A DNA stretch of 64,000 nt from Lepidodermella squamata (GCA_047495785.1 JBLDXI010000015.1:2914001-2978000), one strand, 5' to 3'. Numbered from the stretch's first letter, positions 12,301 through 23,289 are shown. A program made the numbers and translations. The notes: a model not told the origin generated them from the sequence alone.

Positions 12301-12838
12301 TCTCCTTCGATCGTATGGCTGCGCATAGGATAGTCCTCATACGTCGGCGCTCCGCCTCTCCTGGCCATGAAATCCAACACTTTCTGAGGTAACGCCTCAA
12401 AATTTTCACCATCGCAGTATGGGAAGACACAGTCGATAAATGCCTGTGAAAAATAGTTTTATAGTTTTCTAACATATTTTCTAGTTTATACTTCTAGGTA
12501 GTTTTTACCTGCTCGGATATTTTCGGGGCTGGCTTACCACCCCATGCCTTCGACCAAGCACATCGAGCTGCGGCAACGGCCGACCAAATATAAGAACCAG
12601 AGCAGTGCTGGCTCTTGACATCGAACCATTCTGGATGAAGCTTCGAATGGTCTAGGCTGTCAGGAATCCCCGTAGTATTACAATTGACTGCAATATAGCT
12701 ATCGCTCTGCTTTTTGCCCTTTATGTTACCAGCATTCCAGAGAACTGAAATCAAGGGAACGAGTTGAAAGTTCAAAATAATAAAATCTCTCTGTTAACAC
12801 CTACCAGCTAGAGTTCCTAGGACGAAAATGTTGTTCAT
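9310..12838 (-). CDS. Papain-like copy B: intact six-exon ORF, catalytically dead (Cys to Ser, His to Tyr), with two Cys-rich C-terminal domains and a Thr-rich linker
   Basis: Approximate exons 12838-12805, 12744-12510, 12443-12174, 11023-10623, 10369-9785 and 9724-9310 join in frame. It reads KSQHCSGSYIWSA, EQYVTLVGYG and ALNSLG where the paralogues read [20 protein letters not shown] and NSWG. Confidence 0.88.
10408..10576. repeat. Small palindromic MITE in an intron of copy B
   Basis: TGCAGAATAGCACAAAATTCAGT...AAGGCCATTTTCG is mirrored by CGAAAATGGCCTT...ACTGAATTTTGTGTTATTCTGCA. Confidence 0.75.
11106..12140 (+). mobile_element. 5'-truncated non-LTR retrotransposon (CR1/L2-like RT C-terminus), antisense in an intron of copy B
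   Basis: LQDDLNRLSDWLASNSLMVNGKKSQ, FKILGFTLDNKM and WNSLPDAVRS motifs with frameshifts. A (TAAA)n tail lies near 12123-12140. Confidence 0.85.
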
Positions 12839-13533
12839 AATGTAAAAATTATCAAGTCAAGAAAATTAAATTAATGAAAAAATGGCTGAACCTGTCCATT
12901 ATATTGAATCTGAACGCACTCAGCACTGAGTCATTTGGATGAATAAGTAAATTATGTAGATTCAGGCGCGCACATATTCACGTATTGTTGTGATCAGTCT
13001 GACTGTCTGGCTGTCTAGCTGTCTGGTTGGATGTTTGAATTTACCCCTGGCGAACATCTTGCGAACATGACGTCAAATTTTCTATATTTTATATCTTTTT
13101 ATAATTCTTCAACTGCAACGGCATTATATTTCAAGTTGACATTGCATATAATTAATGAATTATAGTAAGTTCGCAACCGCAAATTCATAGTGATATATTC
13201 ATAACGTGATATTTCCATATAGAGTATATTCATAACGAGACATATTCGTATCGAAAGTGGTGATCTTTTCATAACAAGCGTAAATAAAAATAAAGAATGG
13301 TGACCTATTCGTATCAACGGCACACGTTAACGCGTGATATGACTGATACAGAAACCGAATAACTTAGTGGAACCAGTGAATCCACAATAATCTGATTGGT
13401 CGGGTGGTTCCAAGTCTGTGATTGGTTGGTTCAAAGAGCACGCGGCACGCATGGTTCGAGGGGTTGGTTCAATTTTTTTCTGCGATCATGAAATATGAAA
13501 TGTAGCGGAAAGTGACCACCCTTCTGCCATCTA

Positions 13534-13606
13534 GCCGAGATAGCTCAGTTGGGAGAGCGTTAGACTGAAGATCTAAAGGTCCCTGGTTCGATCCCGGGTC
13601 TCGGCG
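13534..13606 (+). tRNA. tRNA-Phe(GAA)
   Basis: 73-nt cloverleaf GCCGAGA...TCTCGGC-G with anticodon loop CTGAAGA, T loop GGTTCGATCC and a T-run terminator. Confidence 0.95.
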
Positions 13607-13675
13607 TACCTTTTTGCGCTGCCTTTGGCCTATCCTAATTGCCATGTTAGAAGCCTACGGGGGATTTCTATCGCA

Positions 13676-13738
13676 GGCCCGTTGGTCTAGGAGTATGATT
13701 CTCGCGAGAGGTCTCGAGTTCAATTCCCGAACGGGCCC
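13676..13738 (+). pseudogene. tRNA-Pro pseudogene with the anticodon loop deleted
   Basis: GGCCCGTTGGTCTAGGAGTATGATTCTCGC-GAGAGGTC...GTTCAATTCC...GGGCCC has a Pro-type body with the anticodon arm collapsed. Confidence 0.8.
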
Positions 13739-13822
13739 ACTCGTTTTTTCTTCATTTGAATTTCAACTTTCAACAAGGTATTGAAAAATTTATCACATAA
13801 TCCAGGCATTCAATTTCATATC

Positions 13823-13873
13823 TCCCTGATGGTCTAGGGGTTGGCGGCCCGGTTTCGATTCCCCGTCAGTGAA
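13823..13873 (+). pseudogene. tRNA-Glu-like pseudogene with the anticodon arm deleted
   Basis: TCCCTGATGGTCTAGGGGTT...CGGCCCGGTTTCGATTCCCCGTCAGTGAA matches both ends of eukaryotic tRNA-Glu. Confidence 0.7.
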
Positions 13874-13930
13874 AGTTTTGCTTTGAAATGGGTTTTTTGA
13901 AAAAATCACACTGCTTATCGCAAAAAATCG

Positions 13931-14004
13931 AGCAAGGCTCAGGGGGATCGAACCTTCAATCTTCTGCTAACTGCGCAGACACTGTATCACTAAGCTACTT
14001 TGCC
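13931..14004 (-). pseudogene. Divergent tRNA-like element
   Basis: A-box-like TAGCTTAGTGA, stem TCTGC/GCAGA with a non-canonical 7-nt loop, B box GGTTCGATCC, then a T-run. Confidence 0.55.
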
Positions 14005-14080
14005 TTTTGGCTTATAGATGGCCATTCAGTCCCAAATTTAAGCTGCCAAAGCAGAAGATTCGTGGCAAAAAATCTTTTGT

Positions 14081-14150
14081 TGGATACGGGTGCCGATCCC
14101 GTTGCCTCTCGCATGTTAAACGACCGCTCTACCATTTGAGCTAATGCCCC
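14081..14150 (-). pseudogene. tRNA-Ala pseudogene
   Basis: Degenerate copy of the intact tRNA-Ala(AGC) at 29334-29406. The anticodon reads AAC, and the acceptor and T arms are damaged. Confidence 0.85.
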
Positions 14151-14261
14151 ATGTATTTGAGCCAATATGTATAACAAAGGCATTCTAAACAATAACGTAA
14201 AACTAGCAGTAAGTTTTTGAAAAGCTGGCGCCCTTCTCGAACCCCAGAAACTGCGATTAAC

Positions 14262-14299
14262 TGCTCACGGGAGACCAGGGTTCGATTCCCTGCCAAGGA
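14262..14299 (+). pseudogene. 3' half of a tRNA (Glu- or Asp-like)
   Basis: CTCACGGGAGACCAGGGTTCGATTCCCTGCCAAGGA has a T arm and is followed by a T-run. The 5' half is not recognisable. Confidence 0.5.
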
Positions 14300-14358
14300 T
14301 CTAGCTTTTTTTCTCGATTTTAAAGCTGTACCATGCGTATTGCCCAAAAATGTACAAC

Positions 14359-14431
14359 CGCCCGATGTGGGGCTCGAACCCACGACCCTGGGATTAAGAG
14401 TCCCATGCTCTACCGACTGAGCTAACCGGGC
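14359..14431 (-). tRNA. tRNA-Lys(CTT)
   Basis: GCCCGGTTAGCTCAGTCGGTAGAGCATGGGACTCTTAATCCCAGGGTCGTGGGTTCGAGCCCCACATCGGGCG, a canonical 73-nt cloverleaf. Confidence 0.95.
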
Positions 14432-14744
14432 TGAGACAGAGTAGTGTACTGCTACATTTTATATTTCCTTACTGGTATTACTTCTGCTTACAAGCAATCG
14501 CAGAAAAAATGGTGCGTATCGCGTGCTCTTTGAACCAACCAATCACAGACTTAGCATGTTGTAGTTTTATTATTATAGGCCCTCCGCCTTTCGACGCTAT
14601 AGGCACACCGACTTGAAACCACCCAACCAATCAGATAATTTTGGATTCACTGGCTCCACTAAGAACGTATCTAATCATTCATTCGTGGGTTTATTAACTC
14701 GAGATGCTTTGCAAGATTTGAAATAAAACTTACAAGAATGAGCG

Positions 14745-15231
14745 GTGGCTCAAGATACACGCTGGTTGTGTTCACTCAGGGAAGACCCAGGTAGATGCAG
14801 TCGATACAGCAGCTGTATCATCTGCGGCACCTACAATATACCGTCACCTACAATACCTTCAATCAGCGACTTGCTTCCACGGGATACATCGACGCCGAAA
14901 TCGTCAACAATGAACGTTAACCCTCTACGACCTGTTGATAGGTTTTGCTTATTACTGGGTTGAATCTCGCGAAAATTTTCGCTGCAAGGACTGTTTTATC
15001 AACCCGGTACTGAATGCTGCCGGCACTGAGGTGGTCGGCCTAGCTGGTGTTCATAATCATGCACCCGATTACCACGAAGTTGAATCTGATATAGCTGTTG
15101 CCAAGATGAGGGCGCGAGTTAGGTCAGAAAACTGGCTCGGCATTCCAGAAATCTACAGGTCCGAATTAAAGCGATCGTTATATCGAATTCGGGACAAGCT
15201 TGAGCCGAAGCGACCTCTACCCGAACAGTAA
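14745..15231 (+). mobile_element. FLYWCH-like zinc finger fragment, probable Mutator-type transposase remnant
   Basis: GFAYYW...FRCKDC...HNHAPD pattern; frameshifted and truncated. Confidence 0.5.
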
Positions 15232-15244
15232 TCGAGAATTGATA

Positions 15245-15897
15245 CGACATAAGCTTTGTACGCTAGCATTTTCAGCCCATTACTTTTGCAACTTTTAACG
15301 ATAGCTGATCAAAGACTGACACACCTGTTAACAACATTAGCACAACGCCTGGAAAAATTAAGCTCATTAACAACAACCACATCCAAATCTTTAGCAAAAT
15401 CCACTCGCTGCAAAGGAGTGTTATTAATTGTATAATTCGCCATTTCCTCAGCATTTCCAACCCGGAGAACACAACATTCTTTACAGTTTACTTCCAGACC
15501 ATTCAAAGTTAAGGTTTCGATGAGTTTATCAATATCATTTTGCAAAGATTTTCTGTCTTCATCCGATATAATTGGTCGAAATATCTTATTATCGTCAGCG
15601 AAAAAATAGAGAGAAGAATCCATATTAAAATTAGCGTCAATGGCGATCAAAAATAAAATAAATAACAAAGGGCCAAGGACGGAGCCTTGAGGAACACCTG
15701 AGGTAACATGCCTCCAATCAGACTTGCAGCCTCCGATTTTCGTTCGAAATTGTCGTTCGTGTAAATAGGATATTCTAGCCAATTAAGAAGGTTTCCGCAA
15801 ATGTTAAAACTTTTGAGCGCACTGATTAGCTTATGAAGAGGAACCGAGTCAAAGGCTTTCGCGAGATCTAAGTAGATTATGTCTACAGAAATATTGA
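15245..15897 (-). mobile_element. CR1-like LINE reverse transcriptase fragment
   Basis: IYLDLAKAFDSV, SGVPQGSVLGPLLF and FADD motifs, with frameshifts. Confidence 0.9.
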
Positions 15898-15929
15898 GCT
15901 CACGAAATCATGAGATCAGGAGCCTTAAG

Positions 15930-16275
15930 TTGGAGTTTTAAGTTGAAAAAATCGAAGTTTCAATCTCAGGTTGACTATTTGCTCGTATGCCCCGACCTTG
16001 CAAGATAACGGTGTCCTGGGCTCAAAACCTTTTCAAGCACTACGTTCTCTATGAAGCTAACCAGTGAGGTGAAAAATCGAACATTTAAAAAATGAAATTT
16101 GCACAAAATTCTCTGCGCGCGCATAAAGGCGGATTTTTTATTTCACAAAATCTTGGTGTTCAAAACCATCGAACAGCAAACGTCCTCAAAAGAGCGATCA
16201 AGAATTCATCAAATTCAACTTTCTGCGATTTTTCAAAGTCGAAATTCCGAAATCGTCCTTCCCGCCGTGAAAGGG
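15930..16275. mobile_element. Right end of a second piggyBac-like MITE (same family as 5955-6728)
   Basis: Shares AAGTTGAAAAAATCGAA...CAATCTCAGGTTGACTA and the terminus TTCCGAAATCGTCCTTCCCGCCGTGAAAGGG followed by TTAA. Confidence 0.88.
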
Positions 16276-17399
16276 TTAAGCGCATTATGACAAGTTTTAT
16301 GTCATCTGCCTTGCGATAGATCTCGACAAGCCCGAGGGGCCAGCCTTGTAGAGCATTTTTCGGGCTATCTAAATCAAGAAATATAATTCCGCCTAGTGGT
16401 TACTATTTCTTGAATGCACAAATGTCACCCGGTTTTAGAGAAAAATGCTCTTCCCGGTTTAGTTTGACTGAAATTCGTAAGTGTCGTCTTTCTTGCTATG
16501 CGGCTGGAAGAATTGTAAGCGGGAGAACCTAACAACCTTATAGAGCATTCCTTGGGCTATCTAACGATACCAACATTATTGAAAATCCACTCATTGATTA
16601 GGAGCATCTAGGCGCCTAACTGTCACCCGTTTTGGAAGCAAATTAGTGAGAAACTACTTTTTTTACCCCATATTTTTGACGTCTAACCGCAAAATAGTAT
16701 CGTTAATCGCAAAATTTTATTGCCATGGATCGCGAGGCTATCCAACAGATCGACTGTCTAGCGACACCAAGAAATCGAAAATCGGATGCGTGGTTAGAAC
16801 TACACTAGCCTGACCTAATGGCTACGGTTTTTAGAAAAAATGTCCCCATGAAGCCCATTTTTACTCGTTTTCGGGTGCATTTTTTTCCGACCGGCTAAAA
16901 TCGACTACGGCACCCCAATTCTTACTACTTCTGCGAAGTGCCAAGTTGAGGTTCAGCGTGACGAAAATCGTCCGATTGGGCTCTGTCTTGTAAAGCATGT
17001 CCTGAAGCAACAATACCATGAATTACGATTCTTCGCCCTCGCCCTTCGCCTTCGAAACGCCCTCCCCAATTCGTCATTCCGGCGATGGAGAATAATATGT
17101 AGATTCAGGCGCTTGGACGCACATCCCGTCATCTTACTATTTGAGTGCGTAATATATCGCTGGCTATATAGAAAAATACGCGGCAACAACGGAAAATTAT
17201 AATTCATCGATCATCTTTGTTTTATCAGATGACAATTGTTTTCGCGAAAACTAAACTTGTGTTCTACTGCTCGCTTTTCAGTACTGGCCGTATGCGTGAA
17301 AAGCACCGAGCAAAACTATGACTGAAATATTGAACCCCTGCTGAAAATTAAAAAAAAAATAACATCAACGTGTTTTAAATAGAACACGAATTTTTCGTC

Positions 17400-17527
17400 G
17401 AACTTCCGGTTCCCTGATCCTTGAACTCATAACTCGGCCATTAATAACTGTTCGAAGGTAACGTGACCCGCTATCGAACTATTTTTGACGACTTCGGCGG
17501 ATCATTACGGCGCTAAAGAAATTACCA
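17400..17527 (+). pseudogene. Fragment homologous to the glycosyltransferase-like gene at 27609
   Basis: Translates CSKVT*PAIELFLTTSADHYGAKEIT versus CSNETWPDLELFLTTPADNYGAKEIT. Confidence 0.75.
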
Positions 17528-18905
17528 CTGTCGGCCTTCGGCCTTTGACAGTAGTTGACGGGGCACGGAGCAGTTTTTAAGAGGGCACTCATATCCTCCT
17601 TAACCTAAGTGCACACGTAACAAAGAAGACCCACGACAACGAGGTGTTCTCCGTCATTGATCTCGTTTCTACCCCTTATTGCACCTATTTGAGCCGGCTG
17701 ATCAGAAGTTACAGCTGCTTTTCGCCACTCATGCTGAGATACAAATTGCCGCGGTAAATGCTACAAGGCAGATGGATCGTTCGCATGAAGCACTTCAGAA
17801 ACAATCTGAACCATACATTTCGGTTTGGGTTTTGCCGACGACTCAAAACTTGTATTGAGATATTAGGGATAACTGACAACCTATACTCAGGTGTTCAATC
17901 GCAGAATATGAAATACTTGAAACGATTCATTTTTCTAGGCATGCGTATATTCGACAGGCGATTAAGATTCTGGCAATTTTGAAGAAGTTGTTCACAACAA
18001 CAGCAACAACATCTTGAGCTGTCAATGCGCAAGATCTCGATGCTCGTTGCGTTGGGATATTGCTCCTGGTTTTGTTCTGGATTTTGAGAAACGAAAGCTA
18101 CGGGTCCATCGCAGCTGCGGTTTTCAACGTCTTTCGCCGATGCGGGGCATCTCAGAAGGCCACGCTTCATTCCACGTGTAGTATGCTTAACATTTGACTC
18201 CCGAATTTCCTGAGAACTTCATCAGGTGTAATGAGAAATTGTTATTCACCCAGAATTTGACTTCCTCGAAGTTATAACGTCCATCTCTAACACCTTGACG
18301 GTGGAAGTAACTGATGGTTTCATTATTCCAAGAAAACATTAAATCCAACCTATTTGAACAGTTTCGAATTTCGAGGAAAAAATTACAAAAATCTAAGAAT
18401 TTATCTTGCATAAAAAGTGATTTTTTGCGGATATATTGCATAATTCTCTGCAAAGCGCTCTATACTATTGCAATAAAGCCTTTTTATAATTAATTCATTC
18501 TGCAGAATATAAGGCATCAACCCGCGCATTCTTATAGTAAATATGCTGCCCCGCGCCGCGATAATTCAATGTGCGTTGAGGCAAAAACTCACCTTTTCAA
18601 TATAGAGAATGGGTGTGTAAAAGGGGAAAAGTTACTTTATAGGGCAAAAGGAGCGATATTATTGGTCTCAAATGTTGTTCACGCAGGAACAAAGGATGGG
18701 TAAATGCCACTGAGAACAGAAGCTGCCATGCATGTCAAGCCATTTTCAATCAGAGGTAAAGAAAAGTAAACTTTCAATTGTAAGATTTATTTTTTTATCC
18801 TCTTCAGCTCTTAATTTTCCATCACCCTCAGATTTCAATAAGCCATTAAACTTGAACTCATGTTCAACTCATCTTCATGAATTCTCTGAATACTATAGTC
18901 AACGA

Positions 18906-21208
18906 TTAATTGCACAAGGAACCAAGAGTGTCCAAGAACCACTGGTGGCTGATCCACAGGATTGGCTTTGAACTCATGCAAGCCGCCGGTCCCGTCATGC
19001 TCTTGTAAACCGGAATGGCGCACTTGAGATGGGCACAGACCTGGGAAATTTCAGTCTTGAAGTAGCTAGAATACGACAGGAAGTATCTCAGGTCAATAGA
19101 CGATGCTGAAGCAGGCGGAGCTGGGCATTGAGCGACACCGCTAACTTGCCCCTGGTAACAAGTGTTAGAAGCACCTCCGTAGAATCGTGCGGTTCGGAAA
19201 CTGCTGTCTGCTCTGATTATATCCTGGTATGCCATGCCATTTTTAGCAGCAATCGCGGTGACATTCGCAACTTTAGCTGGAACGCATTGATTTCCGCACA
19301 GTGTATAAGTGTACTCGTCTCTGCAATTTAAATCATTGAAACTTGGAAATTTGGGTGAGCTCAGACACAAACCTGTTGGTGGAATCTGATCCGCTGTACA
19401 AGTAAGCAACCCAGCATTTCTGTTTGCAGTCTGCCAGTGACGCTTCATCACCAGGATACACCAAAGATCCCCAGAACGCGCGGTATAGCATGAAGTAGCT
19501 ATCAGCATACCAATCCGGAATAGGTCCGGTTGGTACTGGAGCTGGGGCAGGTGCTGGAGCTGGAGCTGGAGCTTGAGCAGGTGCAGGTGCAGGGGCTGGA
19601 GCTGGGGCTGGAGCAGGGGCTGGAGCAGGTGCAGGTGCAGGTGCAGGTGCGGGTGCAGGAGCTGGAGCAGGAGCGGGTGCCGAAGATGGGACTCCGCCAG
19701 GACAAATTTTGCTGATTTGGAACTCGGAAGCGATTTCGAGGTACAGTTGATACTTTTTGCAGTCGTCAGTATCTGCTAGCTTCTTGTACTCGTTAACAGC
19801 GCACGATGCATACCTGCACGTATCGGGTTTCAGATCCTCAGGATAGCCATTCAAATAGCCGTAGCCGAGTGGGATAGGAACACATGCGGATACTTTTTCG
19901 ATCGGCCTGCATGCCGATTGGTATAGACCGTAGTCAAACCCAGCAGCTGCGTCAGCAACGTCATTCAAAGTTTTCCCTCGCTTGGTAGCAGCTGCAGTGG
20001 CAAAATCACTCATGCCATTGATAGATATGTAGCAGCCGTAAACTTCAGTCAATGTTCTGCAATGTTGTTGTGCAAATAATCAGCAAACAGTTAAACAGTT
20101 ATTGAATTACCTATAACCTCTCCTTGAGCAGTCTCCTCTATTTTTCGTAATTTCCGCGGAAAATGTCTGGACGTTGGACAGCGCAAGGTCGTTGACGCGA
20201 TCGTACGGAAGCACTTTCCCCAAAGTTTCGGGTGTCTCGACTAGAGGAGCCGATACGCCAACGGCAACCGAGTCAGCATAAACCCTGAAGAAACCCCCTT
20301 CTCCCCATTTTGTCCCCCAGCTGTTCAGGCCGACGTAGTAGGGCCTGCCACTCGCTTGATCGACGCCGTAACCCACAAGTGCAACGACGTGGTTAATTCC
20401 ATAATTGGGGCACCCACCGACACCCCAATCCATGATTCCGGAAGTGTATTTGTTCGAACCAGGTGCATTGCTGCAGTACGGCATAACCAGGCAGCCGTAA
20501 TCGTTAATCGCCTGGGTTTAAGCAATGCAGGTTGGTAATTATAAATTACTACAGACTTTTGCTTACTTTCTTAGTGCATGTAAAGCTATCAGCACTGAAG
20601 CTCTTATAACCCCATGAGTTCCACGGCAAGGAATCACCACGTGCCTTCCGGAAGGGGATGCTCTTCGGAACGGCATCGTATCTGCACTGCCCGCGTAAGC
20701 CTTGGCTCATGTAGTCGCGTATCGGATAATCGTCATAGGTTGGCGTGCCACTTTTTCTGACCATGAAATCGAAAACGTCCTCAGGAGCACCCCCGGTACC
20801 ATTACAATATGGCGCATTGCAGTCGATCAATGCCTGTGGAAAAGCTTATATTTTTACGTTCTTCGTTCAGGAGAATGCTAACCTGCTCGGAGATTTTCGG
20901 AGCTGGTTTGCCCCAGGCCTTCGACCAGGCGCAACGAGTTGCAGCAACAGCCGACCAATAGTAACAGCCCTGACAGTGTTGGCTCTTGACGTCGAACCAT
21001 TCCGGATGAAGCTTTGAGTGGTCAAGATTGTCAGGGAGCCCTGTCGTATCACACGTTTCAGTTTCTTGCCTTCCGGCTCCGCGCTGATACTCCAGCAAGT
21101 CGGCACTGCATATCGCTATAATATTATATAGCCAAAGTTAGTTTACTTATAATGAACATGAACGATTAACTAACCAGTTAGAGCCGCCAGAGTTACGAAT
21201 GTGATCAT
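18906..21208 (-). CDS. Papain-like copy C: intact, catalytic triad present, two Cys-rich C-terminal domains joined by a (Pro-Ala)n linker
   Basis: Six exons from ATG 21208. Motifs [21 protein letters not shown] and GLNSWG. Stop TAA at 18906. Confidence 0.92.
19535..19680 (-). repeat. Coding hexamer repeat for the (PA)n linker
   Basis: GCTCCA/GCACCT/GCCCCA units encode more than 20 consecutive Ala-Pro dipeptides. Confidence 0.9.
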
Positions 21209-21728
21209 AATTCAAAATTAGTTGAAAAAGGAAAGCGGAAATAATGAAATTTTGAAAGATCTTCACGCATATCGAAACAAAACGCCCTCGCCAATGACGT
21301 AATTCCGATGAGGGAGAAAAACATGTAGATTCAGGTGCGCTGTCACCCACGTTCCAATCATCATCCATACGATATATTATATTCTCAAAAGACGGTTAGC
21401 ACTTAAAACCCATGTCATATTTTTTGGCATGGCATTTCATTGTTTTAACAGATGACCTTTGTTTTTACTCGGATCTTACCGGCCGCTTCTGTTATGCCTC
21501 TTTAGTTCAGTCCCCTTACGGAAAACACCGAAGAGCCAGTGCGATGGGTGCAAAATATCCAAAGTCCCAGTCGCATGCAATTGTTGAGTCTGAATCCCCA
21601 TGCGATTTCGCGAAATGAGTCTGAATCTGCCAGCTTTTTTGATTCGTTGATTCTGATACTGCTTTTTACATGCATAATATAAAATGACTTTTTCGGCGAT
21701 TCGACGAAAGTGCTAAGAGTTTACAGTA

Positions 21729-21943
21729 GGCCTAGTCAACCATGGCTAAGCAAGCGGGCCCATCACCCATCACGTCAAGGTTTCATTGCATTGAGCCCGC
21801 TAATTTTTCGTAAAAATTTAGTATCTTTCAAGTTGTTGATCAACATGAAAGGAAGGTGTATAATTTTCGTGTTATTTTCCTTTCTGGGCAGGCCGGGTTT
21901 GGAGACTCGTGGTTTGGAGGTTGCGTTAACCTTTGACTAGGCC
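21729..21943. mobile_element. Small MITE
   Basis: TIRs GGCCTAGTCAA / TTGACTAGGCC, flanked by TA on both sides. Confidence 0.55.
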
Positions 21944-22033
21944 TAGTTTGCGTTGGGCATCGGGTCTGAACACGCTGCTATAATTTCAGGTGGGAAGTAT
22001 ACACCAACCGTGGGGTTGATACGAAAATTACGA

Positions 22034-22906
22034 CTTTTTTCCTTTGCAATTTCATTATTTTTATTAAAGAAACACGTGTTTATTTTTTCATGATTCTCAG
22101 CTTCTTCAGCTTCTTCATTTTTTTACTTTTTTCTTTTTTCTACCTTAGAATTTACTCGATCTTCGAAGGTTCGCCGTAAGCGATTACAAAACCTGAATTG
22201 GATGAATTTGATAACAAATTAAAGCTAGATATAAGTAAAATCTTTTCAAATGCGATCATATGCGATCAGATCGACAAAATTATTATGTGTTTCGCAGAAA
22301 CTAAGGAGTAAGTAGAATGAACTGCAAAGATGTTTTTCTTGGGTAGGTTTTATATTTTATAAGTATAAGGCCCCTCCCTCCTCCCCAAAAATGATTAGAA
22401 CAATCAGGCGAAGGTGATATCTCGAGTAGAAGTGATAGAACCTCGAAAAATTGAGTTTTAGTAGCATTTAGGGCAATAGCTTAACCGGATGCTGAGGTAG
22501 TTTTCACAAATATTGCTTTGGTTTAATCATGAAATGATGAAATTAGCGAAGACTAAGTAATAGAATAATTCCTTAGTAGTTATTTGTTGAAAAATAAACA
22601 TTACTGTAGGTAATTTCAGAGGAAACTTTCCAAACAACCAGTCAGCTAAAAAGATGATTACCTTCAAGAACAAAATGACATCCAGTATTCTAATTTCACA
22701 GCTAGATAGATCACATCTCTAGCTTCAATTTGATATCAAATTCATCCTATTCGGGTTTTGTAATCGCTTACGGCAAACCTTCGAAGATCGAGTAAATCCT
22801 TAGGTAGAAAAAAGTAAAAAAATGAAGAAGCTGAAGAAGCTGAGAATCATGAAAAAATAAACTCGTGTTGTTTTAATAAAAATAACGAAATTGCAAAGGA
22901 AAAAAG
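22034..22906. mobile_element. Foldback or MITE element with about 190-bp inverted repeats
   Basis: 22034-22228 is the reverse complement of about 22718-22906 (e.g. CATGATTCTCAGCTTCTTCAGCTTCTTCA). Confidence 0.85.
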
Positions 22907-23289
22907 GTGTATGCACCAATTGCATCATATGTCATTAATACCCGTGTAAAATCATCAATTGAGATTGTCATCAATTCATCTGCACCTTGGCTCAGTTGGC
23001 TAGAGCATTCGATTCGAGATTTAGGTTCAAGCATGGTTCAAGCGCTTGTACTCGCATCCCGTTATCATGCTATTAGAGTGCGTAATATGGCGCTGGCTTT
23101 ATAAAATTACATGGCGACGAAGGAATATTTTAATTTCTCGATCATCTTTGTTTGATCAGATGACAAATGTTTTTGCTTATGTTTTACTGCTCGCTTTTCA
23201 TTACTGGCCGTATATGTATAAAGCACCGAGCAAAACTAGGACTGAAATGTTGCACTCAATTGTTGAAAATGAAAGCAAAATAACCTCAA

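Larger units (their letters stand above)
13363..14663. mobile_element. Inverted-repeat element enclosing a tRNA gene and pseudogene cluster
   Basis: CTTAGTGGAACCAGTGAATCC... at 13363 is mirrored by ...GGATTCACTGGCTCCACTAAG ending at 14663. Arm homology extends almost to the 5' ends of tRNA-Phe and tRNA-Lys. No clear TSD. Confidence 0.75.

Noticed and set aside
17540-18190. Possible decayed coding sequence
   Set aside because: Stops interrupt the frames examined, and I could not assign any motif.
19502-19779. Alternative-frame ORFs rich in Cys/Ser or Glu-Leu repeats
   Set aside because: Shadows of the (Pro-Ala)n coding repeat.
22982-23050. tRNA gene starting GCACCTTGGCTCAGTTGGCTAGAGC
   Set aside because: Only the D arm is recognisable; there is no proper anticodon or acceptor pairing.
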